DNA of 64,000 bases from Eledone cirrhosa (taxonomy: Eukaryota), in assembly GCA_964016885.1 (NCBI GenBank), contig OZ024744.1, positions 15,562,001 to 15,626,000 on the forward strand. Direction: 5' to 3'. The position numbers and the translations under genes are program-made. Positions 11,386-23,635 of this stretch are shown one piece after another (within the stretch, counting starts at the first letter, position 1; the number at the start of each line of letters is the position of its first letter). Under the pieces are notes generated by a model that was given only the letters and a program-made list of their open reading frames with translations, was not told the DNA's origin and did no database searches.

Positions 11386-12138
11386 TATAACGGCAGCGAA
11401 GATTCTAAACCGAATCTGAGCTTTCCCGTCTCTGGGACAAGCCGTGGTTAGTTGTTTACGCCCGGCAGACCAACCCCTTGGGAGATGCTAAACACAGGTC
11501 AGATGTTGTTTACGCCTGGCAGAAAAGAGGTCAGATATATCCATCCTTCTAAATTCAACCGTTATAAATACAAGGGTTGTTTACGCCCAGCAGAACAACC
11601 CCTTGGGAGATGCTAAGCAAAGGTCAGATGATATATTTATCCTTCTAACTTCAACCCTTATAAATACAAGGGTTGTTTACGCCCAGGAGAAAAAGTGAGA
11701 CTACAGACAAGACAAGTCGCATTTACACGCTCTCGTCACAAAAAAACCAGTCTGCCCATTAATTTCTCACACGCCATTCCCACCTGGCTGAGCGAATCCT
11801 ACTACTGCTAAAACAAGAAAGTATACTAATATGAACACACGCACACATAGTAAGTTCACACTGCTTGCATCTTTGTCACATTGTATCTTTCAGATACAAT
11901 ACAAATTATATTATAATCGTATCATGTGATACTTGTATTTACGTGGCTCGATGAGCCACCAAATTATTGTACGGATATTTCATGTTATAGATTTTATCAT
12001 TCAATATTCAAATTGAATATTGTTATAAGAAAATAAACATTGTAACAACACAATCCTGGTATTATTCTTTGCATTGAAACCATCATACCAACAATTCCAT
12101 CTATTCACTTATCCATTACAACTGTATTATTCGTTACA
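11386..12138 (+). mobile_element. Solo LTR (Gypsy-type, 4-bp TSD ACTT)
   Basis: Interrupts the RTE sequence CTGTATGACTT|GGTTAAC. Termini are TATAACG (one change from TGTAACG) and CGTTACA. ACTT is duplicated at 11382-11385 and 12139-12142. Internal TATAAATA boxes and an AATAAA are present. Confidence 0.85.
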
Positions 12139-12195
12139 ACTTGGTTAACAATGTGGGAGACTATGGTGTGGCCCACCATACCTAAAGTTTTCAGC

Positions 12196-12536
12196 ATCAT
12201 CATCATCATTTCATTTTACGTCCACTTTTCCCTGCTTGTAAGGGTGGGATGGGAACTGATTCTGGCTTGATTTCTACAGCTGGATGCCCTTCCTAACACC
12301 AACCTCATTTACAGTGAGTACTGGGTGCTTTTTTGCCGTGGCACCTGCACGACCACTTTACAGTGGAATGATAGGGACCCCAGTCCCTATCATCTCATTT
12401 CTACAGCTGAGTAAACTGGAGCAATGTGAAATAAAGTGTCTTGCTCAAGGAAACAACACATCACCCGGTCTGAGAATTGAACTCACAACCTTTCGATTGC
12501 AAGGCCAATGCTCTAACCACTAAGCCATGTGCCTCT
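12196..12536 (-). mobile_element. tRNA-derived SINE nested in RTE
   Basis: Near-identical to 7092-7425. It splits the RTE coding sequence (AAEI|..LKTLG). Confidence 0.88.
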
Positions 12537-13902
12537 ATCTCAGCAGCTATCCCTGAGGGGCCAGCTGCCCTGCCTGACTTCATATCCTTGATTGCCTTAC
12601 TTACTCTGCTACCGCTAACTTGTGCAGTCAGTCCCTCTGTTGGGTCAACATGCATTTTCCTTATTCAGTAATCTTTCATAGTGGCACTTCCATGCTACCT
12701 TCTTTCAGCATCAGTGAGGGCAAGTTTGCCAAAGTCATTTCTGACACACTTCTCTCCACCGACGTCACAATTATCCCTGACACACTGTCTAGCGATCCTG
12801 AACACCTCAGGTCTTTGATCCTCATGTTTTCTGCTTCCCTTCTAGCGAAGTAAACTTGTTGCCTAGCTTCTCTCCTAGCCTTCTGGTAAACTTCCCTGTT
12901 ACTCCCATTACGCTAACCTATCCAAGCCTGTCTTTTGGCCTTAATTGTCTCATCTACTTTACTATTCCCCCACCAAGCCACTCTCTGTCTCCCAAGAGAC
13001 CTACTCTACTATACAGGTTTTATCAGTCACCTTCAGTAGGTTATCTTTCAGGAACTCCCACTGCTCCTCTATATTGTATGTCTCTATTTGCTCTTCCTTG
13101 CTGTTGAAGGCGTTGGTCATCATACTTCTAAATTTGTTAGATGGGTCTTTTAACTTCCATACTCATCTCCTCCAGGTAGGCTTCTTTTGTCGAGTTCTTC
13201 TAGCCCTGACTATAAGGTCGCTAACAACTAAGTTATATTGGGAGGTGCATTCTTCACTGGGAAGGGACTTTGTGTTCCTAACAGTCACTCTGTCTCATCT
13301 AGTAACAATGAAATCGATTTGGCTGGCGAGGTCACCTGATCAATATGTGATTAGGTGACTGTCTCATTTTCTGAAGTTCGTGTTACAGATAAATAGGTTA
13401 TTGGCATCACAGAATTCCAGTAGTCTGAAGCCTTCCTAGTTTCTAGGACCATACCTGTAACCCCCGTGGATCCCATTAAAGCCACTGTAGAGTTATACCA
13501 CATGTCCGTTGAAGTCACCTGCAATGTGTAGGAAGTGGTTGTCATTAATTTGGGAGGTAGTGTGCATTAGGGACTCACAGAACCTGTCTTTTTGTATGTC
13601 TGGAAGTCCAGATTGAGGAGCATAGGCAGATATAATTGTCATGGTTGTTCTGTTTAGTACAAGTCTAAGTTTAATTATTCTGTCATTTACTTTATTTACA
13701 GCAATAATTTTGTTTACCCACTTTTCTGCTACCAAAATCCCAACTCTACCTAGCCCATTGTCATTTCCCACCCAGAAAAATTTGTAGCAACGTTTTTTGC
13801 TTACGGGGAATCTAGCTGACAAACCTCTCAATCTAGTCTCTTGTACACAGCAAACATCGACTTTCATTTGTTCAAGCATCTCTATAATCTACCTTTCATG
13901 GT

Positions 13903-13940
<38 letters not shown>

Positions 13941-14059
13941 ATATATATATTTATATATGTGTATATATATATGTGTGTGTGTATGTGTATATATATATGT
14001 ATATGTGTGTAGAAGATAGACGTTAAACGATGATGATGATATATATTCTACATTACCAG

Positions 14060-16150
14060 GACTAAAAAGAGTATTCAGGATTGCGAGACAATGTGTCAAG
14101 GAAGATTGTGATATTGTCAGGGAGAAGTGTGTCTGTAATGATGATGGTGTATTTGCCCTCACTGATACTGATAAGAAGGTAACTTGGAAGTGTCACTATG
14201 AGAGATTACTAAATGAGGAGAATGAATGGGATAAAGATAGTCTGCCCTACATCGATCCAATAGAAGGAACAGCAGTGCAAGTTAACAGTAGTATAATAAG
14301 GCAATCAAAGATATGAAGACATGCAAGGCAGCTGGGGCTTTGGGGATAGTTGCTGAAATGTTGAAGGCATCTGGACTGGTGGGACATACTATGGTCACCC
14401 GGATAATAAATCAAGTAATACAGAATGGGGTCATACCAAATGACTGGCGTAGCAGTATCATCGTTAACTGCTACAAAGGCAAAGGAGATGCTGTAGATAG
14501 AGAAAACTATAGAAGCATTAAGTTAGTTGACCAGGTCATGAAGGTCACAGAAAGAGTTTTTGCACAACTAATTAGAGAACGAATTGACCTAGATGAAATG
14601 CAGTTTGGGTTTGTGCCAGGTAAAAGTACCATGGATCTTTTCTTCCTTGTATGGAAACTACAGGAGTAGTACCTAGCTAAAAGTAAACCCCTCTACTTAG
14701 CTTTGGTTGACTTGGAGAAAGCCTTTGACAGAGTTCCCTGCTCCATTATCTGGTGGGCCCTTAGAAAACTAGGAGTAGATGAATGGCTTGTGAGAGCTAT
14801 ACAAGCCATGTATAGAGGAACAGTCAGCAAAGTTAGAATTAACAATGAATATAGTGAAGAATTTAGCGTAAAAGTAGGTGTTAATTAAGGCTCTGTCCTT
14901 AGCCCCCTCTTGTTTATTATTGCCCTACAGGCTATAACAGAAGAGTTTAAGATTGGCTGCCCATGGGAACTTCTATATGTAGATGATCTAAATCTCATAG
15001 CTGAATCTATGGCTGAACTAGAGAAGAAATTCCAAACATGGAAGGATGGTCTAGAATCTAAAGGCCTTAAAGTTAACTTGTCCTGTGGGAAATGGCCATG
15101 CTCAGTGTGTAAAAAGGGAGAAGACAGAAATTCCATATTATGTCCCAAATGCAAACAATGGGTACATAAATATTTCTAGTGGGATCACAGGTAAGCTATC
15201 TAAGAATGTAAATTTTATATGTGGCTGATGCTCAGGTGCAGTAAGTAGCAAGGGCCCACTGGATACTATCTCCTTCAACTACCCAGATGGTTCTATAGAA
15301 ATAGTAGACACTTTCTGTTACCTGGGTGATAGAATCAGTAGTGGAGGAGGGTGTTCTGAAAGTACAGAAGCCAGAGTTAGAACGGGATGGAAAAAGTTCA
15401 GAGAGCTAATACCGCTGTTGGCCACAATGGGTTCTTCTCTAAAAGTGAAAAGCAGATTATATGATGCTTGTATACCAATGGCGATATTACATAGCAGTGA
15501 GACCTGGTTGTTGTATGCTGAAGGCTTGTGTAGATTAGAAAGAAATGAAGCTTGTATTTTCTGATGGACGTGTAATAGTAATGTGCGCGAACGGCAAGGC
15601 ATAAATAAAATGAGAGAGAGACTAAGCATAAGAGGTTTCAAATGTTGTGTGCAGGAGAGGAGATTGCATTGGTATGGACATGTGATGCATATGAAGGCGA
15701 TCAAAATTGAATATGAAGCTACAGAGTGGGTAGACCAAGAAAAACCTGGAGTGAGATGATAAAAACTGACCTTGCTCACTTACACCTCTCTAAGACAATG
15801 ACTCTGGATCGAGATCTTTGGTGTTATGTAATTATACAGAAGACCCACCTTCCCTTGCATACAAACTTAAACCTACAGTCCAGTCAGTAGGCACCTCTTA
15901 AGCCAATATACACCCCCCCCCATTTCCGACACTGTAAAGTAGTCGTGTAGGAGACTCAGTAAAAAGGCTTCCAGTCCGCACAGTAAATGTGGTTGGTGTT
16001 GGGAAGGGCATCCAGCCGTAGTAAACCTGCCAGAAACAGTTCTGTACAAGCAAGATATGGACACCTGACCAATCTTGCCTCAAGTGGGACAAAACCGTTC
16101 AACCCATGCTGGCGTGGAAGATGGATGTTAAACGATGATGATTATGATGA
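14060..16150 (+). mobile_element. RTE LINE, 5'-truncated
   Basis: RT motifs (ELLYVDDL), a 3' UTR with AAGGGCATCCAGCCGTAG, and an (ATG)n tail. Confidence 0.92.
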
Positions 16151-16357
16151 TATATATATGTATGTGTATGTGTGTACATATGTTATGTGTATGCATGCAT
16201 ATCGTATGTATGTGTATATATGTGTATGTCCTCATTGTATTTTTGTATATATCTTTACACCAAATTATATTGTATATTTGCATGTGCGTGTGTATACATA
16301 TATATATATATATATATGTATGTATATGTGTATATATGTAATTGTTTTTATATATAT

Positions 16358-18517
16358 CATCATCATCATCATCATCAACGTTTAACGTCCGTGTTCCACG
16401 CTTGCATGGGTTTGGACGGGGGTTTTCCCACTTGAGGCAAGAGTGATTGTCTTGCTCGCATAGGACTGTCTGGCAGGTTTTCTACAGTTGGATGCCCTTC
16501 CTAACACCAACCACATTTACAGTGTGGGTCTGGGAGGTTTTTACCGTGTTGCCTACACGGCCACATTACAGCGTGGACTGTGTGTTTTTTTGTCGTGACA
16601 CCTACACGATCTCATTCGTTTCGGCCTGGATAGTGTGGCACCAGCATAACTTTACATAGAAGGGGGCGGTGTGGATGGGGTGTGGGGGGGGGGGGGGGGG
16701 GTATTTTGTTAGAGATGCCTACTGACTGTAGTAGGTTTTACTATGTATTTAGGTAAGGCGGGTCTTCTCTATTACTGAGTACCGCCAAAGGTCTCGGTTC
16801 AGTGACATTGTCTTGGAGAGGTGTAAGTGTGTGAGGTCGGAGTTTATCAGCTCGTCCCAGGTTTTTCTAGGTCTACCTATTCCGTGGCTACCGTCTATCT
16901 TTATTGCCCTGCACTTTGTTATACAGCTGTCGTCTTTCATGCGCATCACGTGCCCATACCAACGTAGCCTTCTCTCGAGTAAACAACATCTGATCCCTCT
17001 TATTTCTAATTTTTTCCTTAGTTCGTTTATGCTTGCCGTTCACGTATATTACTATTACACATCCAGCGGAGCATGCAAGCTTCGTTCCTCTCTAGTCTGC
17101 GTATATCCTCTGCACACAATGCCCAGGTCTCACTGCCATGCAACATTGCTGTTCGTATGCAGGCATCATACAACCTGCCTTTCGTTTTTAGGGAGAACCC
17201 TTTAGCGGCTAATAGTGGTATAAGCTCTCTGAACTTTTTCCATCCAGTTCTGACTCTAGCTACTGTACTTTCAGAGCACCCTCCCCCACTGCTGATTTTG
17301 TCACCCAGGTAACGGAAGCTGTCCACTATTTCTATAGAGCCCTCTGCGCAGTTGAAAGAGCTAGTATTTTGTGGGCACTTGCTGCTACTTATTGCACCAG
17401 AGCACCGGTCACATGTGAAATCTATGTTCTTAGTTAGCTTACCTGTGATCCCACTACATCTTTTATGCACCCATACTTTGCATTTCTGACACAAAATGGA
17501 GTTTCTACCTACGCCTTTCCTACACACTGAGCATGGCCATTTCCCGGAAGGGACCGGCGCCTTATTTTCTTTCCTACAAACTAGAACTTTGGTCTTAGCC
17601 AGATTAATTTTAAGGCCTTTTGATTCTAGGCCGTGCTTCCATGTTTGGAATTTCTTCTCTAGCTCGGCCATTGATTCAGCTATGAGTGTCAGGTCGTCTG
17701 CGTATAGGAGTTCCCATGGGCAGCCGGTCTTGAACTCCTCTGTTATAGCCTGAAGGGCAATAATAAATAGTAGGGGGGCTGAGAACAGAGCCCTGATGGA
17801 CGCCAACTTTTACGCTAAACTCTTCACTATATTCGTTGTTAATTCTAACCTTGCTGACTGTTTCTTTATACATGGCTTGTATAGCTCTCACAAGCCATTC
17901 GTCGACACCTAGTTTTCTAAGGGCCCACCAGATAATGGAACGGGGGACTCTGTCGAAGGCTTTCTCCAAGTCGACAAAAGCTAAGTATAGGGGTTTACTT
18001 TTAGCTAGGTACTTCTCCCGTAGTTGTCGTACAATGAAAAGAGCGTCTGTGGTACTTTTGCCTGACACAAACCCGAACTGCATTTCATCTAGGTCAATTC
18101 TCTCTCTTATTAGTTGCGCTATTACTTTTTCCGTGACCTTCATGATTAATTTAATGCCTCTATAGTTACTCCTATCTAGAGCATCTCCTTTACCCTTATA
18201 ACAGTTAACGATGCTGCTGCTATGCCAGTCCTTCGGAACAACCCCATTCTGTACGACTTGGTTAACTATCCGGGTGACCATGGTGTGTCCCACCGTGCCA
18301 GATGCCTTCAGCATCTCAGCAACTATTTCCGAAGGCCCAGCCGCCTTACCCGTCCTCATATCCTTGATTGCCTTACTTATTATACTACTCTCGACTAACA
18401 CTGCTGGTCCCTCTATTGGGTCGATGTGGGGGAGACTGTCTTTCTCCCATGTATTCTCCTCATTTAGTAGCCTTTCATAGTGACACTTCCAAGCTACCTT
18501 CTTATCAGCGTCGGTGA
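16358..18517 (-). mobile_element. RTE LINE, 5'-truncated, best-preserved copy
   Basis: Long ORFs 17676-18587 and 17027-17806 joined by one frameshift, intact LYADD, (ATG)n tail at about 16358-16377. Confidence 0.93.
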
Positions 18518-18641
18518 TGTATGCGCTTATATATGCGTATGTGTTTCTTATATGTGTATTTGTGTTTATATATATATATACACACATGTATATATATATG
18601 TGTTTTTATAATTGTATTTGTATATATGTGAGCGTACGTAC

Positions 18642-18685
<44 letters not shown>

Positions 18686-18744
18686 GTGTGTATGTATTTA
18701 TGTATATTGTGTATATATGTGTGTACATATGTCTATATATATAG

Positions 18745-19801
18745 ACTGTGTTAGTATGGACATGTAATGTGTATGAAGGACGACAGCTGTATAAAAAAGT
18801 GCTATGGAAGCTATGTAGTGGGTAGATCAAGAAAAACTTGGGACGAGGTGATAAAAACTGACCTTGCTCACCTACACCTCTCTAAGACAATGACACTGGA
18901 TCGAGATCTTTGGTGCCATGCAGTTGTACAGAAGACCCGACTGTCATTGCATACAAACCTACAGTCAGTAGGTACCTCTTAACCCAATGTACGCCCCGCT
19001 CTCACACCCTACCCCATCCCATTCCATACACAATGGAGATCTTGGCTACACAAGAGAGGTAGTGGGATAGCAGGCAAACAGGTAGGGAAAACTATGTATG
19101 CAGTAGATGTACAGGGAAATTTTACAAAAGTCGCAGTGATAGACACATTTTTCAAATGCAGATGGGTTCTATAGAAGTGGATAGCTTCCGATACCTAGGT
19201 GATCAGATTAGCATGGGAGGGGGAGGGTGTTCTGAGGCCATAGTATCTAGAATAAGGATGGGTTGGAAGAAGTTTAGGGAACTGCTTCCTCTGCTGACAA
19301 AGAAGGGTTTTTCCCTGCGTACAAAAGGCCGGTTATATGATGCCTGCGTGAGATGTGCGATGCTGCATGGTAGTGAGACATGGGCAGCAACTGCAGAGGA
19401 TATGCGATGGCTGGAGAGAAATGAAGCAAGCATGCTCTGCTGGATGTGTAATGTCAATGTGTGTGAACGACCCAGCATAGATGAGTTGAGAGAGAAACTG
19501 TGTATAAGAGGGATAAACTGTAGTGTGCGGGAGAGAAGACTGAGATGGTATGGACATGTGATGCACATGGAGGATGACAGCTGGGTAAAGAAGTGCCAAG
19601 AAATCCCACTAGAAGGAAGACGCAGTAGAGGAAGACCACAAAAAAACATGGGCGGAGGTGGTGAGAGAGGACCTCAAATCACTGAAGCTCACGGAGAAGA
19701 TGACGAAGGACCGTGACAAGTGGAGAGATGCTGTGCTGAATAGGACCCATCCAACCCTTGCAAGCAGGGAAAAGTGGACGTAAAATGATGATGATGATGA
19801 T
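18745..19801 (+). mobile_element. Two adjacent RTE 3' fragments
   Basis: KTWDEVIKTDL (18767-18982) and EVDSFRYLG..RLRWYGHV (19156-19716), with a tail AAAGTGGACGTAAA(ATG)n ending about 20 bp from the AK7 exon 2 donor. Confidence 0.88.
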
Positions 19802-19821
19802 ATAAATATATACAGACATAC

Positions 19822-19992
19822 ATCAACAACGGCCTTAAGAGATCTTGGTACTTCATTTTTTGTGTCTGATACAGTTCCATAGATTTCATAACAGTCTTCC
19901 TTCACTGGATCTGTTTCACGTTCTGCTTCTTCATCACCGGTTTCATCATCTTCATCATCCAATGTAAACCCCACCTGGCAGGTAGACAAGTA
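19822..19992 (-). CDS. AK7: Adenylate kinase 7, coding exon 2 (YLSTCQVGFTLDDEDDETGDEEAERETDPVKEDCYEIYGTVSDTKNEVPRSLKAVVD)
   Basis: Acceptor ttgtttgtctctttacag, 171 nt open frame, donor GAT|gtatgt. Resembles AK7 FLSNCVVGASL-acidic tract-KEGTFQIVGTLS. Confidence 0.88.
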
Positions 19993-21383
19993 CTGTAAAG
20001 AGACAAACAAGTAGACTAATGAACAGGTAATTAGGGCAGTTACGTCAGTTGTATTAATGTTACACAAACGTGGAGATAACATTGTTGAATGGTTAAGAGG
20101 TTTGCTTCACAATCATTAGGTCCTGCGTTTGATCCCACCGACAAGTGTCTTAGCTCAGCCAGAACATTGTGAGTGAAATTGTGTAGACAGACACTGTTTG
20201 GAAATTCGTCAGATAGACTGTACCTGTAATTCAATGGGTCAGCATTGTCACACTGAATCTTCCTGATAAGGTCATAAAAAGCAAGTTACTGGGACCATGT
20301 CAGAGAGGGTACGTCTAAGGTAATTCTGGCAAAGCAACAATAATGAAATGGACCTACGTCTGTTTCGACGGTGAGTGTTCCAGTTGTTCGATTAAGGGAA
20401 TCTGATTATAAAATTAGCATTCCACAATCACGTGTGTCGTTAGTATAGTTCTTAGGGAGATACAGCTTGACACAGTGTTAGGCCGGTTCATTGACTTACA
20501 GAAATCATTAAGGATGTGAGCCGATCACTGTAAGGACTAGATCATACCTTCTTAAGGAGATACATTGGATAATATAATCCTAAATACACTGTGCCTGGAT
20601 AAAAATAGATAAATAAATAAAATACCATTTTTTTTAAAATGGGACGAGCACGGCTGGAATGCCAACGATTTTAGCTGTCTGTTGACCTGGAAGGGATTAA
20701 ACAACAATTACGACAGACACTTCCAGAATTACGTGAGAAATCACGTAAACACTTCAACTTTCGAAAACACTTATCAGTAAATAATTCGTATGGCGCTTTC
20801 ATAAATGCTGACATCACCCGCTACACGACTTTACTAGAGAAATATATATGAAATATTAACTTGTGAGATGGATCACTGTCGAATTAAAACTTAACAAGGC
20901 CTGGAGCTGTATAAAGCTTGGAGACCCCGAGAAAAAAGTCACCAGAAAGTTTCACAAAAACGAAAAAAAAACCCCAAAATATCGAAACATTCTTTTTTAA
21001 TTATTTTAAGGCCCATTTATAGTTGAAGCCCTAAACACGTTTATTTGGCTAAAAGTTTAATCATGGGTTATGGACCTAGCCGACATAGCGAGGGAGGTCT
21101 GAATGAAAGTTGTAATTTTATTAGGACAAAGAGAAATACCAGACCAGTTTTATACAGAAGGCCGACTAGGCTGAAGCCCATTAAATTTGTTTTCTTTTTG
21201 CAGAGGCAGTGTTACCTGCAGCCTAAGGCTCAAATGATTACAGAAGGTTCTAAATACCTGAAAGCCTATGGGGGCTCGGCCATGGGTTCAGAATACGACC
21301 CAGAAAAATAAACACACACACAAACAGGCATACCGATACACACAGCAGATACATGGATAAATCAACAAAAAAACATATCTTAC

Positions 21384-21461
21384 TTCTGCCATGTTCCAGC
21401 CGTTAAAAAGATCAACATTATTAATAAAAATTGTTTTGGGAGTACGTTCAACAATCGACAT
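21384..21461 (-). CDS. AK7: Adenylate kinase 7, coding exon 1 (MSIVERTPKTIFINNVDLFNGWNMAE)
   Basis: ATG at 21461-21459, 26 codons, then donor GAA|gtaaga. The peptide resembles the recalled vertebrate AK7 N-terminus ([20 protein letters not shown]). Phase 0 join to the next exon. Confidence 0.85.
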
Positions 21462-21492
21462 GTCGATTCTTTTTGGCAGCACGAAAAAACAA

Positions 21493-21505
21493 GTTGCTTA
21501 GCAAC
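21493..21505. promoter_or_regulatory. RFX X-box upstream of AK7
   Basis: GTTGCTTAGCAAC, a near-palindromic X-box about 32 bp upstream of the AK7 ATG. X-boxes are the canonical promoter motif of ciliary genes, and AK7 is a motile-cilia gene. Confidence 0.75.
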
Positions 21506-21767
21506 CAAACGCCCCTGATATAAGGGAGGTAACTCAGTTAGCGAGTACCGGTTAAACAAACAATTGCTAATAACTTTTCTTTGTTGGTATTTTTCTATTG
21601 TATACCGTGGTTGTGGTGAATGGCACATTTTTTGTTAATTGATTTTAACTCAGTATAATATATTGTTTTCTCAGTTTTGGAATAAATTATATATTGGAAA
21701 TTTGAAAGTAAACGCTTAGTCTAAAGATTTATTTATTGAGAGATTATTAAGAGGAAATATAAATATA

Positions 21768-22140
21768 ATTGTTTCTACTTTTGGCACAAGGCCACAATTA
21801 CCCAGTGCATTACTTGTACTTTATTTTATCGACCCCGTAAGGATGAAAGGCAAAGTTAACCTCGGCGGGATTTGAACTCACAATGGCAAAGGCCGTGACT
21901 CTATGCATCAAAGCATGGCGTCCGACCCTCTACCTATACTACCAACATATAATTGTTTCTACTTTTGGCACAAGGCCAGCAATTATCCTAGTGTATTACT
22001 GGTACTTTATTTTATCGACCCCGTAAGGATGAAAGGCAAAGTTAAAATCGGTGGGATTTGAACTCAGACCGTAAAAGGACGTAACTATGCTAGAAAGCAT
22101 GGCGTCCGCCCCTCTACCGATACTGCCAATTCACCGCCAT
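21768..22140 (-). mobile_element. Tandem pair of a second tRNA-SINE family
   Basis: Two ~180 bp direct copies with B box GAGTTCAAATCC and GGGGTCGATAAAATAAAGTAC. The same family occurs at 53455-53700. Confidence 0.75.
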
Positions 22141-23169
22141 ATAATATCGAATGAATAGAACGTTTAGTTATATTGACAAAAAATATATCTGAATACGATT
22201 GATGTGATCCCAGATCAATCCTGATCAAGGAGAACTAAAATCAATAGTCCAGGCGTGACTATACATATACCCCTCCCACACACATTGCATGATATGATTT
22301 GAGGGTGAACTCAAATATAATTACAAGAGGACACAATTTTCGATAGGAAGTATAGGTTTAAACTGGAATTTTACAATGGTTTGTTGTTGTTTTTCGGAAT
22401 TTTACAATTTTTATATTTTCCTTTTTATCTCTATCGGTATGTTTCCATTGTTTTTAAGTAATTACTATTTATTCTGTTATTTAAATATAATGTAACTTTT
22501 TGTCCTGTGACACTTTTCCTTGAATTCGATCTACTCTTGGGTCCCAAATAATAAGGGGAAGGGTGGGGATTATTCGAGACCCGAAAGTAATTGTTGTTTT
22601 GGCTGCTACTTTTTGCGTCCCGTACAACCAGATAGAAAATTTATTTATTGCCTTGTCTAAATACAGGCTGGGCGGACATTGATCTAAATAACGATCACTT
22701 GTGTTTAGAAGACGGCGATTGAAATATAACAATTGAAAATTGAATTAGTAGTTAGTGTAATCAGCTAGTACATTTATCGCGAAAATACGAGGTGTGAGTT
22801 CGATTCTCATGCAAGCAGATGCCCATTTTATCCCGATCTGGAGTTTATACGGACTGTTATTAGATTAATTTTTGTATTTAAACAGTGAAAGGCACTAAGT
22901 CAATTCAATTTTCAAATAGATATAAATATTCTTTTCGGCGGGTCTCTGCCGAAACATGGCTCTGACCTAGGTGTAGAGTTTGTTACTCTCTCCTCTCCCC
23001 CCTTTCATCTTCTACTTGTTCTTCCCCTTCTCTCATTTATAACATTTATAGTCCTTTCCAATACTGCTTTCTTTTTTTCTGGAATTTTAACCATTTAATA
23101 GTTATATCAACTAAAAATATTTAAACTAGTCTGTTGGGGAATACATTACAGTGCACTGAAGATGGCTTT

Positions 23170-23635
23170 TACATGGTCACACTACATACTAGAAATAGCA
23201 ATCAATTCTTGAGTAAACACGAGAGGCTCAAAGTAGTCGTTTTATATGCTAAAATAGCAGCCAGATCTCGAGTAAACACGAAAGCCTCTGAGGAGTTGTT
23301 TTACATGCTAGAAATAGCAGCCAGATCTCGAGTAAACACGAGAGCCTCTAAGTAGTCGTTTTACAAACTAGAAATAACAAACAGTTCTCAAGTAAACACG
23401 AGAGCTTCTAAGGAGTTGTTTTACATGCTAGAGACAGCAGTCAAATCTCGAGCAAACAAAAGAGCCTCTAGGTAATTATTTTACACACTAGAAATAGCAG
23501 CCAATTCTCAAGTAAACAAGAGAACTCCTAGGTGGTCGTTTCGTCAGCTAGAAATAGCAACCAAATCTCGAATAAAAAAAAGCCTCTAGATGATCATTTC
23601 ACCTACTAGAAATAGCAGCTACATCTTAAGCAAAA
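23170..23635 (+). repeat. ~60-bp minisatellite, about 8 units, core GCTAGAAATAGCAGCC
   Basis: CTAGAAATA-like cores recur near 23189, 23248, 23308, 23368, 23428, 23488, 23548 and 23606. Confidence 0.9.

Larger units (their letters stand above)
10314..13898 (-). mobile_element. RTE LINE (APE to RT), interrupted by a solo LTR and a SINE
   Basis: APE motifs CCVQETR, SAYAPQSG and AGDFNGHV (13493-13879). RT motifs at 10866-11231. Confidence 0.9.

Noticed and set aside
21181-21312. Plus-strand acceptor TTTTCTTTTTGCAG followed by AATAAA, a possible antisense terminal exon
   Set aside because: No upstream partner exon or recognisable peptide. Such motifs arise by chance in AT-rich introns.
23297-23322. 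GTTTTACATGCTAGAAATAGCA resembles the Cas9 sgRNA scaffold start, and the 60-bp periodicity looks CRISPR-like
   Set aside because: The spacers are homologous to one another, there are no cas genes, the context is eukaryotic, and the sgRNA GAAA loop is an engineered linker. Coincidental.
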